Assembly: GCA_965644495.1 (NCBI GenBank)
Contig: CBFFSA010000008.1
Coordinates: forward strand, 682,001-746,000
Source: Perkinsela sp. CCAP 1560/9
Taxonomy: Eukaryota; Protista; Euglenozoa: Kinetoplastea
DNA: 64,000 nucleotides
Direction: 5' to 3'
The notes under the pieces were generated by a model. That model worked only from the letters and a program-made list of their open reading frames with translations, was not told where the DNA came from and did not search any database. Positions 1 to 11,700 of the stretch are shown here, in pieces; position 1 is the first letter of the stretch, and each line of letters starts with the position of its first letter. The position numbers and the translations under genes were made by a program.

Positions 1-3000
1 GATTTGATTTGTTGTCTCTGACTTCCGCTAGCGTCCGCAAGTGCTGAGAGCAGGGATTGCGTGTTCGTGTGCATCGCGCCTCCTGACAGGATGGGGATAC
101 ATTGAAAGGAGCTTTCCGATATTTTTCCAGATTTCACGTATGTGTCGTGTTTGCGCTTGGAGGCCTCTCGAAACAGCTGGGCGCATTTCGTCGCAAGATT
201 GGAGGGAGCGAGTTCATGTACAACGGTTAGGTCGTAATATATTTCCCCACTTGCCCAATAGATAACGAGATCTGGCCCGGACCGACGGAAAGATCTGCCT
301 CCACATGCTCGTTCGTGGGTCCGTTTGTGGTTTGGTTCAACCATCTCGTTGCATTGTGTGCAACGGAGGGTGGAAAAAGTTCGAGGCTCCTTTTCACACG
401 GAATGCCGGTTTTTAAACACAATTCGTATAGGAAGTTGACCAGGGTGCTGTGCTTTACCGTTGCGTTTAAACCAGCGCATTTTGAGCATCCTGTAATATG
501 ACGTATCATGTTGTCAGAATTCAGAAGAATTTTGCACCCTGGACAAATAATATGGGAGGGCAAATCCGGATGTGCAATTCCAAGTCTCGGCATTATGGCA
601 AGTCGGAAGAGGTGGGGTGGAATTAATTTTGTGTCCGACAGTACCCACTCGCTGTTTCCTTTGAATGCTACTTTCTCGAGTATTTTGGACATGTCCGATG
701 TGCCGCTTGTCAATTTCTCCCAGGTTCTAGAGTGTATCTGGGCTGCCGTAGTTGTTGTGTCATTGGGAGGAATATTTGTGTGCTGCTGGTCGTGGGCGCT
801 TTGTATTTCGAGGTTGTCGGTCCGAGCTGAGTTGTTCACTTGTTGCTCAAGAACCGAGTACCTGGATGATTCATATGCTGCCCTTCTTGTCGTTGCGCAT
901 GCTGTTAATCCTAAGCCCCCTTTCTTCGTTGGCATGCGTATTAGCGACATTTGTTCTTCATTTAATTCTCCGAACCACGATTCGACCACTTTCTCAGTTT
1001 CCGTGTCAAAGCCCTCCGCTGAATTTTCGGAGGCGGCGGGATTGTGAACACGCATATGATATGTCTGTCTTACATTGACACACTTGGAGAGAATCTTGCA
1101 TGACAGGTTGCTAGGGCCCATGCGCTTGAGTCGACGGAATATGTCATTGTGTTTCTCCAGCGACTTCGACAAACATTGACTCACAACTTTATCATCTCCA
1201 ACGAACGCTCCCAGTACTTTGAACGCCTCGTCTTCCCCCGTGACTCCCGCGTCTCGAAGTACGTGTGGCATACGCTTTTTCCGTTTCCCACCGAACCATA
1301 TGCATCTGTGGCTCGCCACAAATAAGCTTTGATGCGTCAGTAGCTCGCGGAGGTATAGGAAAGCATCTGTCAACTCTTCGGGGCTGTGAGAAGCTAGTGT
1401 GATGTCGTCAACATAGGCATTTATTTTAACTTTCGGATACTTTGCCGCCAGAGTTTCCAACACTGGTTGAAGCAACGCGCAGAAGTACACCGTCGAAAGG
1501 GTCGAGCCTTGTCTTACTCCGTTCGTACTTAGAATGGTACCGACGTGCTTGCCTTCGTGACCGTAATAGAGAAGTTCTGAAGGAGCTGCGTACTCGGCAT
1601 GAAAGAATCTTTGGAATGGTCGAAGTGTCGCCAATCCGTAAACTGCTCTGGCCAGGTCATTTCTTGATGGGGCGTTGAACGCGTTCTTGACGTCGATTGA
1701 CATGATACATGAACCTTCCTTGTATAGGGAATTCAATGTATGTACAACCCTTTCGCAGCCGGACTTCGCCATCACTCCCTGTTGTATCGGAGCGAAAAGT
1801 GGTTGGAGAGTGACTTCGAAACGTTGCACCAAAACCAAACCTGCTAGTTTCATTATCACTTCCCCAACTGCCACTGGACGGACACCCCCATTGGTCTTGG
1901 GTATTGCAATGAGTCTTGATCTCGTTAACCGCCGCATTACGTCTTTTGAGAGAAAGCCATTCACAAGGTCCATGAGCATATGACAGAAATTCGCACAACA
2001 GACGGGATCATCTATCAGGATACGGACGATCGTGTCTGTCATTCCCGTGGGCCCCGGGCTGGCTCCCTTGGCGAGGCGTAACCCGGCGGAACTCAGTGGG
2101 ATGCAGACCACCGAGAATCGGTGCGTCTCTGGGAAGATCGAATTCATAAGAGCTTTGCGGGTGGAGGTCTTGGAGTTTTTGTAAAGTTTCTTTGTCCGAA
2201 AGTTGATGTGCAGCGAACTTACGATCTAGTATTTGCGTTGCTTTTTTTGTGGACCCCTCTATCATTAGTCGAGTTGCTTTTTTAATGGCCCGTTTATCGG
2301 TCTTTTCTTCCTTGGATTCTTCGTTCTCGCAAGTGTTCATTTCACAGCTCAAAGGCCGTCGACGGCTTCTTCGGATACCAGCTCGTTGAATATCCGCGAG
2401 GGAAGTCTTCATCGCTGACAGGACACTGTGCCAAATTTTGTATCTCTCGGGGTATGAACTTTGAATGTATTCGCTCATGATTTCACGAAACGTTGCTATA
2501 ACTCCTGGTATTGATTCGGGTTTTATGACTCGTGCTGTCGGAATGGGTGTGTGATCCAAGTCATCGTCACTCCACTCTAGGACCGGTAGAGCGGCTGGCA
2601 CTGGCGAGGCAACGTTTTCAGGCTCGGTGGGTGACTTGGGTGTCGGAGGTGCAGTGTGCCAGTACAACTTGTAGATTCTGACGGTGTCATGAGAGGGGAT
2701 AGTTCCTGAGAATTCTTGGTCGGGTTTATGGCCTACGACTCCCGTGTACTGAATTGACAGTTTGCCGAAGCCTTTTCTTTTGTAAATGCTGGTTACTCTC
2801 CCGATCGAGACGTTCATCCGTTCTTGATTGTCGAAGGCCCACGCAACAGTGCACATGGTGCCCTTTTTGATGCTTTGTGATGCGTTCCAAATTTCCGTGG
2901 CAGGAACCGGATATTGAAGCTGCGGGGAGAGTTGCGATAGTGATTCGCAAATCTCATTGGAGTCAACTTGCTCGGCGAATATGACTGTCTGAGCTGAATT

Positions 3001-4407
3001 GCAGTTGCGGCGCTCTGGATCAGTACAATTTGCCGATTCACTACTTTGTTCTTGAGTTGGTACGGTTGGCTCCGTCTTTGAATTGTTAATTTCGTCAACA
3101 TTGTTGGCTTCTAAACTCGTATCCAAAATTCGGTCCTTTGGTGTTTCGAAAGGGAGTGGGAGAGGACTGGGAAGCTCGTTAGGCTCGCCTTGCGGGCCTC
3201 TGTTTGACTTCGAGAGTATGCTATTTGAGATTTCAACCTCATGGATCGAGTGGCGAGTTCCGTCCAATGGGGTCGAAAGAGAGGGGGATACGCAATCGTA
3301 GAAGTTATCTCCCGTTGCATTTGCGTCTGGCTCTGTTTCCTGTGGGTGTTTCGGTGAGCACGCCTCGCTGTCATTGGAGGATTGTTTATCGAAGCGCGTG
3401 GGTGTAGTGTGTGTTGTCGGTGTTTCCTTCTGTTTCGTTGTCGGCGTTTCAACGTTATTCGTCCTCACTGTTTCAACCTCTGGCGCGTCGGAAAAGATAT
3501 CGAATCCGCGGACGTCATGAAACCATCCGTCTCCGTGGTTGGAATATCCGTTAACATATTGACTTTTCGGTGGGCTCTCATTTGTATTCGACAATGGTAT
3601 TCCTTGGAGGGTCAGAAGTCCCTTCCATACGGTCTTCCCAACCACTCCGGCAACTTTCCCAATGGTAGCTAACCGATTCGACCCACTTGTTTCTTTGTTT
3701 TTCTTGTCGTCCTTTTTGGATGGCCTGCCTTCCATTTCTTTCTCCGTTGTTTCCTTCGCGGCCGATTTTTTTGCGGCGGCTTCTTTTGCGGCGGCTTTCT
3801 TCGCGGCATCTTCCTTCACGGCGGCCTCCTTCGCGGCGGCTTCCTTTTCTTTTAAATCTTTCAACAGGTCATAGAAGGATTTGTATCGCGTGCCACTTCG
3901 ACGAATAATAATTTTCCCGGGCGAGGAGCTCGCTTTTGGTGACGAGTTTGCACTTTCTTTCGGCGGCATTTCAGACATTGGCTCCCTCGACTTCGGAGAG
4001 GTAGCTCTGAAGCTTTCTGGCGGTGTATTCTGCGGCAAAGGTAGTGATCGCTGCCGCGGTGAAGAGGGAGAGGGTAACTGTGACGGCGGCGGCGGAAGCG
4101 ACGGTGACTGTGCACGCGTAGGCTGAGGAGTTGACCGCGACCGCCATAGCGGGGATAAATGTGGCTGTGATGGCGACGTCGCCGACGGTGCGGAAGGTGA
4201 AGGCGGAGACTTCTGTGGGGATGGAGTGCTCGGCGGCGCTCGGCGGGTCACGTTAGGGGGCGGAGAGTTCGGGGTGATGGGGACCGGCTTCTTTCTGCGG
4301 CGGGCGGGGGCGAGAGGCAAAATCTCAGGAGCTACTCCTGTTTCTTTGGCCATGGAGCGAGTGACCACTCCCATAAAAGTATTAAGAAAAAAGAAGAAAT
4401 CAACAAG
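1..4407 (-). mobile_element. CRE/SLACS-clade non-LTR retrotransposon, lineage A copy A1, with one frameshift; runs off the left window edge
   Basis: ORF 2008..4374 is homologous to the N-half of 12911..17551. A frameshift near 2080 (EFRRV/RLAKGASPGPTG) leads into a frame containing GVRPVAVG, DVKNAFN, GVRQGST, AYVDDI, CPGC and RSGPDL that appears open to base 1. The 5' end carries the SL 3' remnant CTTGTTG (4401-4407). Confidence 0.85.
2008..4374 (-). pseudogene. N-terminal half of CRE-like polyprotein (Pro/Ser-rich region, EAAAK-like repeats, Tudor/SH3-like module, start of RT), frameshifted
   Basis: Starts MGVVTRSMAKE like other lineage A copies; homology breaks at ~2080. Confidence 0.8.
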
Positions 4408-4439
4408 ATGTCCAGCGGCCGACGACGGCGGCGTCTTCC

Positions 4440-4472
<33 letters not shown>

Positions 4473-5574
4473 TTTCTCTTTGAAAATGGAGAGACGGGCG
4501 AGACGTGATCTCCTTTACCCCCCATTATGTTCCCTCTACCTTATATCCCATACCGTAAACTTATAATAGCTATATTAATTATACTTTTTTTTTTCTTCAA
4601 GTTTCCAATGTTTTTGTTTTTAATGTCAAATTCTAGAGGCCCATGTTTTGTGAATCGTCATTAGATAAATAATTTCTCAGCTGAGAGAATATAATCGACC
4701 CATTTAACTCCTGCAGGCACAGAGAAAATTCGTTCAGTGTTCGGACCCTATCAAGTCCGCTGCAGTCCGCCAACGTATGCAACAAGTGCCGGAGCCCGTG
4801 ATGCATAGCACCACCGGAGAGGACTGGGAGGCATACGAAACGCTCTTGAGGTATCATCCCGGAAGCCACGTATGTGCTGTGCTTGCGCGTAATGGCCTCT
4901 CTCATCAGGGTACCGCTACGTTTCCGTGCATTAGTGGGCGCCAGCTCGTGAATTATTGTTAGGTCATAAAAGATTTCCCCAGTTGCCCAATGTATTACAA
5001 TGTCAGGTCCTGACCGATGGAGGCTCGCATTTCTACAAACTTTTTGATGATCAGTTTTTCGCCATTGTGGGAACGATTCCCCGCATGTAGAGCATTTAAA
5101 AGAAGTAAACTGTCGAGGTTCCCTTTCGCATGGCACACCCGCCTTCATGCACAGTTCATAGATAATACGCACCAGATTATTATGTTTCATTGTTGTATTA
5201 TTTCCGGAACACTGGACGCATCCAGCTATGTGCGAAAAGGCTGATGAAGAATCCAGAAGGGTGCGACATCCTGGGCATTGCAGACTTTCGGGAATACGAG
5301 GGTGGCTTAGACCAAGACGTGGCATCAAAGCTAATGTGAAGAATTTGGAAGGCACTAACTTTGCCGTCGAATGAAGCCACGCGGAGTTCCCTTTTTCACT
5401 TGCTGCTCTCAGCACTGGTGCAACTTACTTCGGCTAGGGGGGACCTTCGATGAGTACTCATCGTAAGTTGTAGACTTTCGATGAGTCTCACGGAAAGTTG
5501 TAGACTTTCGATGAGTACTCATCGAAGGTGTTTTTGACTTTTTCACTTTTTCGTATTTTACTAAATTTTTGCGA

Positions 5575-5856
5575 AGGCTCAACTGTGAGCGTAGCCCTGG
5601 GACATAATAATATTTTTTGGCGACCCGTGCGCTCCAGCGCGCGGGTCGCGCACTGAGAACCTGTGTCTACCCCTTCCGCAGGATTGTCCAGAGGCAAGGC
5701 CCAACTGTGAGCGTAGCCCTGGGACATAATAATATTTTTTGGCGACCCGTGCGCTCCAGCGCGCGGGTCGCGCACTGAGAACCTGTGTCTACCCCTTCCG
5801 CAGGATTGTCCAGAGGCAAGGCCCAACTGTGAGCGTAGCCCTGGGACATAATAATA
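5575..5856. repeat. ~122-bp tandem repeat, ~2.3 copies
   Basis: AACTGTGAGCGTAGCCCTGGGACATAATAATAT recurs at 5581, 5703 and 5825. Confidence 0.9.
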
Positions 5857-5877
5857 TGTCCTGATATCCATAATAAT

Positions 5878-5974
5878 ACTCCTGATTCTTTTGCTTTGGA
5901 GCGTGTGAACACTCCCATGAAAGGTAAAAAAAGTAAATAATCAACAAGGTACAGAAACTGTATCTTTATCGTTA
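5878..5974 (-). mobile_element. Isolated 5' tip of another lineage A element: SL exon (5942-5974), short pyrimidine-rich UTR, ATG at 5918 (MGVFTRSKAKESGV)
   Basis: TAACGATAAAGATACAGTTTCTGTACCTTGTTG followed by the conserved N-terminal peptide. Confidence 0.85.
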
Positions 5975-6428
5975 GAAATTCACGTCGGGGCACCTACTTC
6001 ATTGAAATACAACTTCTAAAATCTGAAATATGAACCTACTTAAATTCTTGTAGATGTGAAAACCGTACTATGAAATATACAATTTCGTACCTTCTTCCTT
6101 CAAATCAAGCTATGAAAAATAAGCGCTTGTCTAGAAATATCATGAGAAAATCAAAAACTATATTGTTTGTAGATGATACTAAGTGAACGGGTTTTACGTC
6201 CGGATCCGCCGCCAACCGTTTTCCGTCCGGATCCGCCGCCAAATGGCGGGGGCCGGTGGGTGGGTAACTCGTAGTACTTAGCAAAACTTGAAGACTACTA
6301 TCAAAATATATAAAATATTTATTTCCATGTATCACTGTAGAAACTATTCATAAATAAAACGTACAATGCCCGTCGGCCAATTTTCATCACTATAAAGCCC
6401 CTCCTAAATTTCCTTCCGTGAACTTCTA
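5975..6428 (-). mobile_element. Solo split-direct-repeat (A-spacer-B) remnant of a YR retrotransposon
   Basis: Ends GAAATTCACG and GTGAACTTCTA, spacer TGGCGGGGGCCGGTGGGTGGG and GTACAATGCCCG..GCCCCTCCTAAATTTC match the terminal repeats at 31792-32305 and 46027-46448. Confidence 0.7.
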
Positions 6429-6456
6429 AAGATTATTGTACGTGTGCTTCTCTCTA

Positions 6457-6560
6457 GATTCGTGGGAAGCAATTTGCGAAGCCCAACTACCTTGATAAAA
6501 AATTTTAGTACCAATTCGTGGGAAGCAATTGGCGAAGCCCAACTACCTTGATAACAAATT
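6457..6560. repeat. ~56-bp direct repeat inside the TIR element, with a third partial copy near 6687
   Basis: TTCGTGGGAAGCAATT.GCGAAGCCCAACTACCTTGATAA occurs twice. Confidence 0.8.
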
Positions 6561-7970
6561 TTAGTACCCATTTTGGCCGCGCGGGGGCCCCCGCGTGAGC
6601 GGGGGTGCGCGCGGCCGCGAAACGGCGAGGGCCCGCGTGAGCGGGCCTGAGCCGTACCCCGCCTAGGATTCCCCTGTGCGTCGTTAGTGGGAAGCAATTT
6701 GCGAAGCTCATTTTCGCGAAGCTCACTGAATTTCGTAGTTTTCGCTGCGCAGGCGTTGTCAACTTATAGTGAAGTGTTATATAGCGAAGTGTAGGATACT
6801 GAACGCACGGAAAATGAAAATCAAAAAAAATTCTTGGGTGTTCCACAAAAGTCCTTGACTTATGCAAAAGTCCTTGACCTCCACCGTAAATTTCCGTTCG
6901 TTGAGTACTCAACGAACGTACCCCCAACCCAAAATCTCTATTAGAGTCGCTCAAAAACGCTTCGATGAGTACTCATCGAAGCTCCCCCCTACCCCAATTT
7001 TCGGGTCCTTACTCAACGATTCTTTAATGGCTCTGTTAAGCTTTGCTTCAGTTACAAATTCATCGTGGGGAGGGGTTATCTGATCTTCATTTCCCACCGG
7101 CGATGGAGACGTGAGACTGGGTGCTCGAACTGAATAGGAATTAAGTCGTTCAAGAGCACTGTGGCTTGATGCTTCATACGCCGATTTTCGCAAGAGATCA
7201 GTGGGCGTTAACCCCAATCCTCCGCTCTTCACAGGTAGACGCGCCCAAGCAATTTGCTTTGGTGTCATCGATCCAAACCATGCAGTAAGAACTTCTTGCA
7301 CTTGCTTGTCAAAAGATTTTGCCATTTCAAAAGTTTCTTCTGGTCGATGGACCCTTATATGGTATCGATGTCGTACATTAACACATCGCGACAGGAGGAG
7401 AAGCGAAACGTTGTTTGCTCCCATGTCACAAAGCCGCCGAAAAATAGTTAGATGCTTTTCAAGCTTGGCAAGAAGCAGCTCACTGACTCTGTCTGCTTCC
7501 CCTACGTAGGCTCCTAATGTTTTGACTGCCTTTTCCGCTATCTGAACGCCTTCATTCGCTAGACTTTCGGGTAGGCGAATATTGTTCAGACCGCTAAACC
7601 ATACACACTTTTGAGGGGCAAGGCAGATTTCTTTGCTTAGAAGAAGTTCTTTGAGGCGAACATAGGCAGCTGCAACAAGATCTTCCTCAGTTGACGCAAT
7701 ATTGATATCATCAACATAAGCGTATATATGTAGCATGGGAAATTCTTGTGCAATTGTCTCCAGTTTTGGCTGAAGAAAGGAGCAGAAGTATAGTGTCGAC
7801 AACGGCGACCCTTGGCGAACTCCAGCCGAACTTTCAACTGTTGAAAACAGTTCCCCGTTCTTTCCGTAAAAGAGGAGTTCAGACGCTGCCCCATATTCGG
7901 CAACAAATAGTCGCTGAAAAGGCCGAAGGGCGCTAAAAGCAAAAATTGCTTTTGCAATCTTTTTTTTTTT

Positions 7971-8290
7971 GAATTTTTTTTGCAATTAATAAGGGGGGAG
8001 AAGTATGAATCGCGGCATTGCCTCTATAATTTGACCCAGTAGACGAACCAAGTACATAGTAGGTCCATTAGGGGGGTATATGAATTTAAAACAAGCAATC
8101 AAATTAGCAATTCTTTTCATTTCCACAGAAGTATATTTTCTTGAATTTTTTTTTTTTTTTTTTTGCGATTAATAAGGGGGGAGAAGTATGAAACGCGGCA
8201 TTGCCTCTATATTACCCAATACATGAACCATGAAGGTCCATTGGGGGGGGTATATGATTTGTAAACAAGCAATCAAATTAGCAATTTCAC
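7971..8290 (-). repeat. Two diverged tandem copies of the lineage B 3' terminus (~145 bp each), each with a poly(A) tail
   Basis: ATTAATAAGGGGGGAGAAGTATGAA.CGCGGCATTGCCTCTATA...AAACAAGCAATCAAATTAGCAATT occurs near 7985 and 8168. Confidence 0.8.
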
Positions 8291-8388
8291 ATGTTGTAGC
8301 CCAAAACTAGTAATTCAACCTGCCTTAAGTTATTTATGATTCTGATAACAATAATAATAAAAAAGGAAGCAATCCACGCCCAATCCAT

Positions 8389-8618
8389 TCGCGCGTTCCG
8401 GACCGGGTCTTTCGACCTCACCACGGCCTGACTTGTGGACCCTTCCCTTGTTATATGGGAGGGCGCAGGCGCGGGCCTGTGTCGACAGCGACACGGTCGC
8501 GGAACAGGAAGCTGGTCGACGGGGAGGAGATTCACTACCCGTGTACTACCTCACTTGGGGTACCTAGCCCTCGGCGAGCTAGGCGTGAGCATAGACTCTG
8601 TCGACTCGACCAGCTTCC
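8389..8618. ncRNA. Candidate conserved structured RNA element in the B1 3' UTR; homologues at 47333-47562 and 46845-47036
   Basis: Covarying stems and a loop-junction pseudoknot across three diverged copies. Confidence 0.55.
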
Positions 8619-8716
8619 AGATCAGTTGTTTCCGAGGGCGCTAACGTGGGCCTGTGCCGACAACGGTGTGGTTAGGAAACGATTATCCCACGAGGGCTAC
8701 TTACTCCGTTACCAAG

Positions 8717-11700
8717 CTATTGCTCGATCAGCGGAGTGGGAAGGTCGTCTACCGGCATTCTTGATATCATCATACGTGCCTGGCGACGCATCAGCGTTAT
8801 GTTCAAGTCTGTGACGAGCTGTAGCGTAGCTGCTCCGTCACTGAGAATGCCGTTGGACGCTTTGGCCCGACGTTCTCCTACTTTCCGAAGTACTGCTAAG
8901 GCACTAGAGCTCCAAGAGCCGTAGCTCTCTACGACCATTGCTGTGAAGTCGCTTCCCGCCGACTCAGATTCACGGCGCTGTCGAGCTTTCTGGTCGGAGG
9001 CGTAGTGCTCAGCGAAAGATCCCGCGGCCACCCAGCTAGCATTTCGGACTGTGTCCGTGTATTTTGATTGCTGGGCGTGAGTGACCGCGAAGTCAAGCAC
9101 TATAGGTTTTCCGAGGAAGAGGCTCGGCATGAAGACGTCCCCCGGTCTGGTCAAGGCACCCCCTGGGCCCCTATTCCCGAGGCTTTTCTCGCGCTGGGGT
9201 GCTAGGTGGGCCTGGCTGCAGGTGGCAGCAAACTGATCGACTAACGAGTGGTGTCGCCGGATGATACCTTCCCCATGCTTACACGTGAGAGCATGGTCTC
9301 CGTGTATGTCAAGGGGGAGCGTGCAGTTCTCCCTGGGGCATTTTGATTCTTCCCCGTAGACTGGTACCCCCAACCACCAGCGGGACAAGGTACGGAATTC
9401 TGTTGGGGTGAAGGCGTGACCAGTGTCTTTGGATGGCGTTACGAAAGCCCAGCTATTGGCCCCTTTCCCGCTCTGGGAGACCCAACGTGCGCGAGTCCTG
9501 GCGTCAGCCTTTTCATAAGCTCGCGAAAATTCCGTAGCCGAAATCGCGTGGCTTATGTCCCTTTGGCGGGGGATACCCTTTTTCGCCCAGTACGGCAGCT
9601 TCGCGTCAAAGCAATCCTCCGTTGCATACAATGGGCATGACGTAGGGGGGAGATCATCGGGTGACAAGGGGGGGCGATCGTGTGGAAGGGAAGGGGGATT
9701 CGCAGATGAAGTAGGATCATGGGTATCCGGCTGGCGTGGGCGCTTTGCGGGGCGATGCCTCGGAGGAAATTCTTCGCATTTGTGGTGCGGGATAGTGCAC
9801 ACACGGCCACTTGAGTTGAGAAGCTTGGTGCCAACCTTCGCGTTTATGTCGTCAATAGATGATAGAAAGCCTTCTACTTCGGATGGATCCCAAGAGTCCA
9901 TGTCTGCTGCAAAAGCAACCGAGGAAACGTAGGCTGAGGTTGCGTGAAAGGATGCTGACCGTAACCCGAATCCTCCGTGTTTTTTCAGGCGCTGAATTTG
10001 GGACCGTGCAGAGGGAGGCAAGGGGCATAAACATGACTCTACCGCGTGCATGAGAAAATCATCCAGACGCTCGCATAAAAGTGTAAGTGATTGTGGTGGG
10101 GTCGTGCGGAGAGCGTGGACCATTTTGCAGAACCCGGCGCATTGCCGAATAAGCGCCATTGAAACCTGTGGGTCTTTGATTCTAGTTATAGCTTCTAACG
10201 CCGTTTCTGCTGGTTCAATGGCGTGCGTTGTCAGGTATTCGGAGCAATACTCTGGGGATCCAATCGGACTTCCTAGAACGCTAAAGTCGCCACGTACGTT
10301 GATTTTGGTGTCCGGTATGTCGGGAAACAAATTTGTCACGTTAGCCGAGGCAGGGGAGGTAATGATTTCACACTTCGACATGTTCAAGTGCAAGCCCCAG
10401 CGAGGGCCTACCCTGGCGATCGTGTCCAGTGCATTTCTGGTGTCTTGGGCCTTGCCTATGAGAACCCCGTCGTCAAGGTACCATAATTGTAGGTCCAAGT
10501 CGGCCTGGTGATTGATTTCGTTTGCTAATTCCAGGGCGACCAGGGAGAAGAAAAGAGGTCCGAGGGGGTACCCTTGTTGGACACCTTCGTCCGATAGGAG
10601 CGTGTGGGTTCGGTAAGTCAATGCACTAGTGGTGGTATAGCACCAGCTTGCCCATGGGAATAATTCTGGGAAGTGCTCGCTTACAAGCTTCAGGAAGGCG
10701 GTTCTGCTAACGTTGTTAAAGGCGTTTCTGAGGTCTACTTTGCAAAGAACAAAGTCAGGGTTATCAGTGTGGATGGCCATGGCTTGTCGACAAGTGTGGA
10801 TTATGCGTTCAGCTCCGACTGGTGTCGCCACTCCGAACTGTAGCCCTGCGAATATGCCGCTTGCCTTGGCTTTAACTACGTTGCACGCAGTTTTGCTGAC
10901 CAATCGACGAATAGTTTCCCCCGCAGCTATGGGTCGGACGTCGTTTTCGCCCTTTTCTAAGGCGCAAAGTCTGGCTCCGGCGAAATACGGTTGAACCTCT
11001 AGAGGGGCTTTACCGGCTAGAAGGTGATTTACGAGGTTTGTAATAGCTTTGAGAGGTTTCGTAGTGTTGTCTACCTGCGCTAGGAGTGCCACTTGTAGGT
11101 GTTCTGGGCGTAGGCCCATGGTTCCGGCGGAGGAGCCTCGGTGAAAGCTTTTGATGGTTTTCGCGACTGTCGCTTCATCTACCTGTAAGGGCGCTGTTGG
11201 TGGGGGGGTGTAATCGATGGCGTCGCTGTCTGAAAGGCGGCACGGGTGTTTGTTCTGAAGCTTGATATACGTTTCTTCGTCGTCAGGAGCCATTGGGTCA
11301 GCCGTGAGTGCTGCCATTCCTCTTGAGTACTCGCCTTGTCGAACCAGCAATTCTGACCGGATGGCAGCTTTTTCCTCCTCATCGTGAACTATGTTAGGGG
11401 TTGCGGATTGCTTTTTGAGGGCGTTGTTTACTGTATCATTCCACAAGGGTACGTAATCTTGCGCCAGCCATCGGTTCATGCACTTTTCGACGAATGATGC
11501 GTATGTTGTGTGATTCTTGCGTCCTCCTCGGTGCGGAGCTGGTAGGAGACACTTCGGGAGCATAGCGAATAACGTCCACGCGGCGGGGGAGTTTTCCTTG
11601 ACTGCGTTTTCGGCCGTTTTTGTTAAGATTTCTCCCCAAAGATGACGGCATCGGGCGGGGACGTCTTTGCAAGTGCTCAATTGTGTCTGAGAAATAGAGG

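Larger units (their letters stand above)
5437..6989. mobile_element. Non-autonomous TIR (MITE-like) element flanked by TA, containing nested insertions
   Basis: Left end TA-GGGGGGACCTTCGATGAGTACTCATCG; right end CGATGAGTACTCATCGAAGCTCCCCCC-TA (27-bp TIR, 1 mismatch). Subterminal palindromes are repeated. No transposase ORF. Confidence 0.65.
4441..7960 (-). mobile_element. 3' half of a lineage A CRE-like element (RT C-half 6992-7960, RLE 4633-5415, poly(A) 4441-4470), interrupted by a TIR element; probably continues at 17591-19030
   Basis: GVRQGSPLS, YAYVDD, LPVKSGGLGL; CPGC..HIAGC..KHN, RSGPDI, FYDLT. TTTGCAATCT occurs at 7951-7960 and 17591-17600 and rejoins in frame as SRDEIAK-AIF. Confidence 0.8.

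Noticed and set aside
508-1047. Numerous short antisense or alternate-frame ORFs throughout the window
   Set aside because: They are shadows of TE coding regions with no recognisable motifs.
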